A stretch of DNA of 32,000 bases, taken from assembly GCF_000196555.1 (NCBI RefSeq), contig NC_015067.1:1170001-1202000 (forward strand). The letters are read 5' to 3'. This DNA is from Bifidobacterium longum subsp. longum JCM 1217. Its GTDB lineage: Bacteria; Actinomycetota; Actinomycetes; Actinomycetales; Bifidobacteriaceae. The notes under the pieces were generated by a model. The model worked only from the letters and a program-made list of their open reading frames with translations. It did no database searches and was not told where the DNA came from. Below, in pieces: positions 23,997 through 30,055 of this stretch (the stretch's first letter is position 1; every line of letters begins with the position of its first letter). The translations under genes and the position numbers were made by a program.

Positions 23997-24493
23997 GTGC
24001 GGGGCACGGCCGCGCCCGCGGGCCACATGTCATGGTCGCGGGCGAACCTGACCGTCACGTTGACGACGGTCCCGGGCATGGGGCGGGCGAGCATCGCGTC
24101 CAGGCCCTTTTTGTCGCCGGCCAGCCAGAACACGAGGAGCGCGAGGTCCATGGCGCCGGCCGCGCATCCGGGCCTCGTCCCGACGAGCGTCGAAAGCGTG
24201 TCGCGCGCGGCCGTCAGCCGGCCGGGCCTGGGCGTGACGGGGATGGGACGGCGGCGCAGCACGTCCATCGCCTCCCCCATGCCGGCGGGCAGGCGCGGGT
24301 GATCCGCGGCGCGTGCGGCGAGCGTGCGCGCGTCGCACGTCGGGTCGAGGAGGGCGAGCGCCATCATGTCGCGTCCCCTGGGATCGTTCAGGCCGGCGGC
24401 GAGCCGGTCGGCGGTCTGGTCGTTCATCCACGTGCCCGCGCCGCCTTCGAGGCGCGCGATCCACTCGTTGGCCAGGTTCATGTAGTCTTCCAT
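23972..24493 (-). CDS. hypothetical protein
   Basis: GGAGGA lies 7 nt before ATG 24493. The product reads MEDYMNLANEWIARLEGGAGTWMNDQTADRLAAGL...LLVFWLAGDKKGLDAML.... It lies downstream of the N6/N4 methyltransferase on the same strand. Confidence 0.6.
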   Translation of the reverse strand: MEDYMNLANEWIARLEGGAGTWMNDQTADRLAAGLNDPRGRDMMALALLDPTCDARTLAARAADHPRLPAGMGEAMDVLRRRPIPVTPRPGRLTAARDTLSTLVGTRPGCAAGAMDLALLVFWLAGDKKGLDAMLARPMPGTVVNVTVRFARDHDMWPAGAAVPRTYRVPELA

Positions 24494-24548
24494 TGCCGTT
24501 CCTCCGTTTCGACGGTGTTGTGCGCCCCGGGTATGCGTTCCCCGTCCG

Positions 24549-25775
24549 TCAGAAGAGCGGGAGGCTTGCGGGGCGTTCGAGCCGGTCGGCCGTGAGCGGC
24601 AGGTACGTGGGGTCGAGCTCCGTGGCCGCGCACCGCAGGCCTTCCCGCCGGCATGCGTCCAGTGTGGTGCCGGAGCCGGCGAACGGGTCGAGGACGAGGC
24701 CGTGGGGCGGGCATGCGAGGCGGGCGAGCCATCGGGTCAGGTCCAGGGGTTTGACGGTCGGGTGGGCGAGCCGTCTTTCGCCCGCCGGCACGGTCAGGGC
24801 GAGCGCCGCCGTGTCGAGCAGGCACGCGGGGTACGCGTCCGCCCCGGATTCGAGTCCCAGGCGCGCGCAGCACGCCTTCCACGCCTTGTCCCGTGTCCGG
24901 GGGCGGACGATGCGTTCCAGGACGCGCACGGGCCTGTCCTGCGCTTTCGGGCAGTAGTAGAAGCGCGGCGCGTCCGCGGGCAGGAGCCGGGCCATGGCCT
25001 TGTCCATGAGGACGTTCGACGGGTGGCGGCCCGGTATGCGCGGCCCCATGGGCCTGGGCGTGTCCGAATCGCGGAACGTGTCGCCGCCGCGCGGCGCGTC
25101 CGGACGCCCCCCGGCGGTCGCGTTGAGCCGGTAGCGGCGCCCCAGCTCCCCCATGTCCGCGTCCAGGGCGCAGGCGGCCACGTTCAGGGCGCCCGTCCCG
25201 TGGTCCATGAGGTTGCGGCCGAGCATGGACTCGCGGGGGCGCTGGGCGACGAGGATCGGCTCCCATGCGGGTTTGAGCGCCGGGTTGAACCCGCGCCAGG
25301 GCCGCGCCTCGCGGGTCTTCGCCTCGTAGCGTTCCGTGTAGGCGACGTTGCGTTCCAGGGACGCGGAGTCGCGTATGACGCCGGTCCGGTCGTCCTTCAC
25401 GCCGAGCGCCCGGTCGACCGCATGGTCGCCCCATTCGCCCTTCGGCATGCCGGACGCGTACAGCCAGCAGAACTGGTCGCGGATCAGCCAGCCCGCGTCC
25501 TCCATGGCGCAGGCGAGCCGGTGCCAGGTGCGGGGCGAGCCGAACACGAGGGCGAACGCGCCGGGGCGGACCATGCCGAGCATGGCCGTCCAGAATTCCG
25601 GGTCGAAGGCGATGCCGGTGGAGTCCCAGCGTTTCACCTCGCCCGCGGTGCCCAGGCCGAGCTCGTAGGGCGGGTCGGTGACGATCGCGTCCGCGGGCGC
25701 GTCGAGGAGGCCGGGCAGGCGTCTCGCGTCCGCGTTGTACAGGGTCAGGCCGTCATGGTCGATGAATGGTCTCAT
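24549..25775 (-). CDS. beta-class N6-adenine/N4-cytosine DNA methyltransferase (DPPY ... FAGSGTT order)
   Basis: I start it at [20 protein letters not shown]. Motifs seen: [11 protein letters not shown] (motif IV), GRHPSNVL and [16 protein letters not shown]...[15 protein letters not shown] (motif I). The track ORF extends upstream only by reading through the box array (MMHTMHTR...). Confidence 0.85.
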   Translation of the reverse strand: MRPFIDHDGLTLYNADARRLPGLLDAPADAIVTDPPYELGLGTAGEVKRWDSTGIAFDPEFWTAMLGMVRPGAFALVFGSPRTWHRLACAMEDAGWLIRDQFCWLYASGMPKGEWGDHAVDRALGVKDDRTGVIRDSASLERNVAYTERYEAKTREARPWRGFNPALKPAWEPILVAQRPRESMLGRNLMDHGTGALNVAACALDADMGELGRRYRLNATAGGRPDAPRGGDTFRDSDTPRPMGPRIPGRHPSNVLMDKAMARLLPADAPRFYYCPKAQDRPVRVLERIVRPRTRDKAWKACCARLGLESGADAYPACLLDTAALALTVPAGERRLAHPTVKPLDLTRWLARLACPPHGLVLDPFAGSGTTLDACRREGLRCAATELDPTYLPLTADRLERPASLPLF

Positions 25776-25815
25776 GGGCCCCGTGTATGCGTCCGCCGGG
25801 GCGGGCGTCGGGCCC

Positions 25816-26114
25816 GTATGCATTCCGGGCGGGCTGTATGCATCCGTATGCATCGGGGGATGCATACATCTTTTCTTTCCGTTTCGGCTTGTTTCCGACG
25901 TTCCGGGGATGGTCCGGAGGCGTGTATGCATTGTATGCATCATTCCCTTATAGGGGATTCGGGAAAAAGGAAGGAAACCCCATATATTGATGCATACAAT
26001 GCATACAAGAGAAAGGAATTATATTTTTTCCTTTATATATAAGGGTTTTCGGGCCTTTTCCCAAGCCTTTTCTGTATGCATCCCCGGATGCATACAGATG
26101 CATACACGCATACA
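25816..26114. repeat. GTATGCAT box array, copy 3 (11 exact boxes plus 1 ACGCATAC variant; 20-bp-arm inverted repeat at 25923-25942 / 25988-26007)
   Basis: It has the same order and orientation of boxes and the same AT-rich core as copies 1 and 2. It lies between the N6/N4 methyltransferase start (25775) and the XRE gene. Confidence 0.9.
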
Positions 26115-26129
26115 AAACGGGCCGGAAAA

Positions 26130-26191
26130 CTTTACAATATTGTAAAGCCCCGGCCCCGGACTTTACAATATTGTAAAGTCCGGGGCCGGGG
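26130..26191. promoter_or_regulatory. 18-bp palindrome CTTTACAATATTGTAAAG (26130-26147) plus a 44-bp perfect palindrome (26148-26191) containing a second copy; candidate operators of the XRE regulator
   Basis: CCCCGGCCCCGGACTTTACAAT|ATTGTAAAGTCCGGGGCCGGGG is self-complementary over all 44 bp. It ends 28 bp upstream of the XRE ATG. Confidence 0.6.
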
Positions 26192-26219
26192 AGCCCGGCG
26201 AAACGGATCGGAGGATCGC

Positions 26220-26771
26220 ATGGAAGACGGGAACGTGAAGGCGACGCTCGACATGCTCGCCGGACTGGGACTGGACGTGCGCGTGATGCGCGAGACGCCG
26301 TTCCTCGCCGTCGTGGAGAACCCCGCCATCCCCTCGCGCAGGGTCGCCGTCGCCGTCCCGGACGGGGACGGGCCCGCCCGGGCCGCCATGTTCGAAACCG
26401 ACCCGCGCACCGGCCGCAACCGGCCGCACGGGGATTCCGCGGCCGTCCCCCGCGACGACCCGTGGCCGACGGTCGCCGGCATGTGCCGGACATGGCTGGC
26501 CGGGCTCGGCGCGCTCGGGGACGCCGCCGGGCTCACCCGGGCCGAACTCGCCCGCAGGACGGGCGTCGCGGCCACCAGGATCAGCGAATACGCCCGGCCG
26601 CGCCCCGGGCGCGCGGATCCCGCCAACATGACGCTGCGCACCGCCCGCGCACTGGCCCGCGCGCTCGGCGTCACCATCGACGCCCTGTACGACACCATGG
26701 CGATGCGCATCCCGGAAAACGGGCCGACGGCCCGACAGGCGGGAACATCCGATCCGGCCCGCCGGGCATGA
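26220..26771 (+). CDS. XRE-family helix-turn-helix regulator (HTH in the C-terminal half)
   Basis: GGAGGA lies 4 nt before the ATG. The product reads MEDGNVKATLDMLAGLG...GLTRAELARRTGVAATRISEYARPRPGRADPANMTLRTARALARALGVTIDALYD, which fits the XRE pattern. Confidence 0.7.
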   Translation: MEDGNVKATLDMLAGLGLDVRVMRETPFLAVVENPAIPSRRVAVAVPDGDGPARAAMFETDPRTGRNRPHGDSAAVPRDDPWPTVAGMCRTWLAGLGALGDAAGLTRAELARRTGVAATRISEYARPRPGRADPANMTLRTARALARALGVTIDALYDTMAMRIPENGPTARQAGTSDPARRA

Positions 26772-26776
26772 AAAAA

Positions 26777-26805
26777 GGCCCGCACGGCACGTCGCCATGC
26801 GGGCC
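26777..26805. terminator. bidirectional hairpin GGCCCGCA-N13-TGCGGGCC flanked by A6 on the + strand (T6 on the - strand)
   Basis: It lies between the convergent genes 26220..26771 (+) and 26821..27237 (-). On the minus strand the stem is followed directly by TTTTTT. Confidence 0.65.
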
Positions 26806-26820
26806 CGGGATGCGCCCCGG

Positions 26821-27237
26821 CTAGGGGCGGACGAGCAGGAAACGGTACGGGAGCGGATCCGTCTCGCCGCGCATCCACACGCGCAGCAGCGGCCACCCCG
26901 CGGCCCGCGCCGCCGACGCCGCATCCGACAGGTCCGAGACGGCGTCGACGATCAGGTTCGCGATCCCGTCCGCGGACACGAACGCGTCAGGCAGGCCCGG
27001 GATGCGCGCCGGCAGGCCGTCGCGCTCCATACGGTACAGCTCCCACACGTGCAGCACGCTCGCATCATACGGGTGCGCTTCCGGCCCCGCATGATCCGAC
27101 CCGTCGCGCAGACGCCCGGCGGCCGCGAGGGCGGCCGCATGCGGCAGGATCGCGACGAGCCTGTCCGCACGCCTGTCGAACTCGCGGACCGTCATGCCGG
27201 ACGGCATGTCACGGCTCGAATCCCACGCCACGTGCAC
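26821..27237 (-). CDS. hypothetical protein (start uncertain)
   Basis: ORF of 138 aa; an alternative start is MTVREFDRRADRLVAIL at 27195. I recognise no family. Confidence 0.45.
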   Translation of the reverse strand: MHVAWDSSRDMPSGMTVREFDRRADRLVAILPHAAALAAAGRLRDGSDHAGPEAHPYDASVLHVWELYRMERDGLPARIPGLPDAFVSADGIANLIVDAVSDLSDAASAARAAGWPLLRVWMRGETDPLPYRFLLVRP

Positions 27238-27307
27238 GTTCAGGACCCCGTCGAACGTCTCGAACGGGGTCAGCTTCGAATCGGCTATGATACGCCCCCT
27301 CTTCCGG

Positions 27308-27982
27308 TCAGACGCCCATGCCCGCGAACGGGTCCGGGACGCCGGCCGCCGACGCGTCCGGCAGGCCGAACGCCGCCAGCGGGTCGGTTTCGCCGCCGAT
27401 GCGCTCCCCGTCGCCCGTCTTGACGACCGCGTTCAGCATGGCGCCCACGCCCGAATTGTCCTGCCTGTACGGGTACAGCCAGATGTTGGCGCGCACGATC
27501 GCGCCCGAATACAGTTCGTTGGCGGTCAGACGTCGACGGTTCTGGTCCACGACCCAGCCCGCGGCGACGAGGTCGTTCTTCGTGCCGGCCTTCAGGATCC
27601 AATGGCCCTCATACTCCTTGTACACGTCCTTCTTCAGCTTGCCCACGTTGTCGCCCCTGGTGAACACGGCCGTGTCCCCGTCCTCGACGGGCAGGCCCAG
27701 GCGCTTCACCCAATCCGCGTCGTCCATGCTGTGCCCGGCGAACGGCGCGTACGACTTGCCGTCCCTGCCGGGTTCGCCGTCGATGCCGCGGCGGATCGCC
27801 TCCGTGCATTTGGCCTGCAGGTCGCGCATCATCTTCTGGGCGTCCGGATCCTTCTTGTCGAACAGGATGGACAGCGTGTACTTGCCGTTCTTCGGATCCG
27901 TGTCGAACAGGTGCGGGAAGTTCGCGATCCCGGGCACTGTCACGAGGTTCAGGCGTTCCGCCTGCTGGTTCTGGTCAGCCAT
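27308..27982 (-). CDS. DUF2815-type (phage/plasmid, T7 gp2.5-like) single-stranded DNA-binding protein
   Basis: GGAAAGGAG lies 7 nt before the ATG. KYTLSILFDKKD, PVEDGD, YEGHWILKAGTKN and ELYSGAIVRANIWLYPYRQDNSGVGAMLNAVVKTGDGERIGG are collinear with the DUF2815 family pattern (KYSvsiLipK.D, PlrDGD, Y.GhyfinA, vYSGcyarvsinfyaf...g.kGia.gLnnvqk..dGe.lgG). Confidence 0.75.
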   Translation of the reverse strand: MADQNQQAERLNLVTVPGIANFPHLFDTDPKNGKYTLSILFDKKDPDAQKMMRDLQAKCTEAIRRGIDGEPGRDGKSYAPFAGHSMDDADWVKRLGLPVEDGDTAVFTRGDNVGKLKKDVYKEYEGHWILKAGTKNDLVAAGWVVDQNRRRLTANELYSGAIVRANIWLYPYRQDNSGVGAMLNAVVKTGDGERIGGETDPLAAFGLPDASAAGVPDPFAGMGV

Positions 27983-28069
27983 CAATGGGCTCCTTTCCGA
28001 TCATGGTGGGCCGCCCCACGATGGTTGCGGTCCGACGGTTCCCGTCAGCGTCCGGTATGCGTCCCCGGC

Positions 28070-28453
28070 TCACGCGCGGATGCTTTCCGGCCGGAAGCCC
28101 ACGTCCTGGATGTCCGGCCCGTCGATGCGCACCGTCGTCAGCTCCCGCCCGTCGAACAGGGCCGCGTACGCGCCGTCCGCGAACGGGATGGAGTCGCCCG
28201 CGCACAGGGCGCCCGCCTCGTGGGCGAGCCGGCGCGCCTGCTCCCCGTCGCCCAGGTCCGCCAGCGATTCGATCCGGTCCTTCAAACCCCAGGCGCGCGC
28301 GTCGTCCTCCACGCCGCGCGCCCGCCCCCGCCGGCGGGCCGGCGGGGGCGGGACCACGTCCCCGCCGGCGGCCCGCATGGGCGCGAACGTGCCCGCATAC
28401 CCCTGCGGCAGGCCGCCCGGCCTGTGCGCCCTGTTGTTCCTGTCCACGCTCAT
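28070..28453 (-). CDS. hypothetical protein with an N-terminal DRNNRxHRxxGLPQGxAGTFxP motif
   Basis: The product reads MSVDRNNRAHRPGGLPQGYAGTFAPMRAAGGDVVPPPP.... Its ATG overlaps the upstream stop as ATGA. Confidence 0.6.
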   Translation of the reverse strand: MSVDRNNRAHRPGGLPQGYAGTFAPMRAAGGDVVPPPPARRRGRARGVEDDARAWGLKDRIESLADLGDGEQARRLAHEAGALCAGDSIPFADGAYAALFDGRELTTVRIDGPDIQDVGFRPESIRA

Positions 28454-29154
28454 TCCAGCTCCTTCCGGTCGTCGTCCCGCATGCTATGCGCCCGCCCGTC
28501 CGGCCACGCGTAGCCGCGCAGACGGGCGGGGAAATATTTCAGGCGCGACCGGTACAGCAGCCACGTGCGCAGGAGGGTCGGTATCCCGTCCGACTTGCGC
28601 AGGTTGTGGCGGGCGCACAGGCCGACCAGATTGTGCCGGTCCGTGGCCCCGCCCCTCGACCACGGGTAATGATGGTCCATATGCTCGATCGGCCCCCGGC
28701 ATCGCAGCAGGCCGAACAGGCCCCGATGCTCGCACCGGCCGCCCGCCGCCATGCGGATCCACGTCCGGTCCGCGTCCGGAAACAGGCGGACCGGATCCCG
28801 GTCGAACGGGTTGTCGGGCTTCGGCATGCGCAGGTTCGCGAGGGCCAGGAGCGCGATCAGGACGACGGCCGCGGCCAGAATCGGGACGAGGCGCGCGCCC
28901 GACGCGTCCCGGATCTGACGGAGCATGCGCGCCAGCCCCGCCGCACGCTCCCCCGCATGCCACGGGTCCACGGCCGTGTCCGCCGCGTATTCGGGCGAAT
29001 CCTCCGCCAGGCCGGCCCTGAGCCGGCGGGCCAGGAGCGTCCAGTACGCGCCCGCCAGGCCGCCCGCGCCGGCCAGCGCGCCCGCCGCGTACGAGGCGAC
29101 GCGGAGCAGACGGTACGCCTCCCAGGCGCGGCGGATCGTGCGCCGCACGCTCAC
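28450..29154 (-). CDS. membrane-anchored HNH endonuclease
   Basis: The GTG start overlaps the upstream stop as GTGA. There is a TM segment LVPILAAAVVLIALLALANL. The C-terminus reads CEHRGLFGLLRCRGPIEHMDHHYPWSRGGATDRHNLVGLCARHNLRKSD (HNH motif). Confidence 0.75.
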   Translation of the reverse strand: MSVRRTIRRAWEAYRLLRVASYAAGALAGAGGLAGAYWTLLARRLRAGLAEDSPEYAADTAVDPWHAGERAAGLARMLRQIRDASGARLVPILAAAVVLIALLALANLRMPKPDNPFDRDPVRLFPDADRTWIRMAAGGRCEHRGLFGLLRCRGPIEHMDHHYPWSRGGATDRHNLVGLCARHNLRKSDGIPTLLRTWLLYRSRLKYFPARLRGYAWPDGRAHSMRDDDRKELE

Positions 29155-29297
29155 AGCAGCCCGATCAGCCAGGACAGGAGCCGCCACACGGGGATGAGGA
29201 GGAACGAGCCCACGCCGATCAGGGCCGCCCACGGCGACCACCGGTCCGTGTCCGACGCGAACCGGTCGCGTTCCCTGTCCTCCGATTCGCGGCTCAT
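29151..29297 (-). CDS. 48-aa membrane peptide
   Basis: GGAGG lies 7 nt before the ATG, which overlaps the upstream stop as ATGA. The product reads MSRESEDRERDRFASDTDRWSPWAALIGVGSFLLIPVWRLLSWLIGLL. Confidence 0.55.
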   Translation of the reverse strand: MSRESEDRERDRFASDTDRWSPWAALIGVGSFLLIPVWRLLSWLIGLL

Positions 29298-30055
29298 CGC
29301 AACGCCTCCATGTCCCCGTCGGACGCGAGCCCCATGCGATTGAGGAGGCGCATCGCCGCGACCGCGTCCCCGTGCAGGTCCGACACCCATGCGGCGAGCG
29401 CGTCCCGGTCGGGCCGGTCGGGGAACAGGCCGGGCCAGACGCGCATGGCCGCGCGGATCACGCCCGTCGCCCCCTCCCGGTCGCCGTGCGCGTCCATGTC
29501 GAGGGCGCGCATGCCCGCCAACGCCAGATTGGCCGTCAACGCCAGGCCGGCCGTCCGCCGGGCGAACCCGATCTGCTCGCCGGCCGGATACCCGCCGGGC
29601 CAGGCTTTCAGCATGCGCGCGCGCATCCGTTCCACGACCAGCATCGTCCCCGCGTCATCCGCGTCCCCGTCGAGGGCGGCGAGCGTGCGGGCCGCCGCGT
29701 CCGCGTCCGACGGCGCGTCCTCCACGGACGCGTACCAGACGCCGTCCCCCGTGTCGGCGAGCAGGCCCATCGCGTCCAGGGCGACGGTGACGCGGGTCGC
29801 GTACCCCGGGTCCGTCTCATGCGGGTAGCGGGCCCAGATCTCGTCGGGCAGCCATGCGAACGGGAGGGCGAGCAGTTCCATGGTGCGCGGCGAATCCGGT
29901 CTGACGGCCATGGGTTCGGGTATGGGCAGCGGGCCCGTGCCGGGGGCGAGCAGCCATCCGGGCGGCGTGCCATGCCCCAGCTGGTAGGCGACGGCGGTCC
30001 GGTTGGCTTCGAGCAGTCGCGGGTCGGACAGGAGATACGGGTTGTGTTCGCTCAT
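29294..30055 (-). CDS. hypothetical protein
   Basis: The 253-aa ORF reads MSEHNPYLLSDPRLLEANRTAVAYQLGHGTPPGW.... Its ATG overlaps the stop of the TrbL-like gene as ATGA. Confidence 0.6.
   Translation of the reverse strand: MSEHNPYLLSDPRLLEANRTAVAYQLGHGTPPGWLLAPGTGPLPIPEPMAVRPDSPRTMELLALPFAWLPDEIWARYPHETDPGYATRVTVALDAMGLLADTGDGVWYASVEDAPSDADAAARTLAALDGDADDAGTMLVVERMRARMLKAWPGGYPAGEQIGFARRTAGLALTANLALAGMRALDMDAHGDREGATGVIRAAMRVWPGLFPDRPDRDALAAWVSDLHGDAVAAMRLLNRMGLASDGDMEALR

Noticed and set aside
22803-24026. N-terminal two thirds of the 562-aa minus-strand ORF 22338..24026
   Set aside because: It is antisense to the better-supported + strand gene 22917..23996 and has the R/V/H/G-rich composition of a shadow frame. 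Only the last ~134-154 codons (22338..22742/22802) look genuine.
24478-26042. ORFs 24478..25434 (-), 24702..26042 (+) and 22970..24595 (+)
   Set aside because: They are out of frame with or antisense to the N6/N4 methyltransferase and its neighbours, have low-complexity Arg/Gly/Pro composition, and show no motifs.
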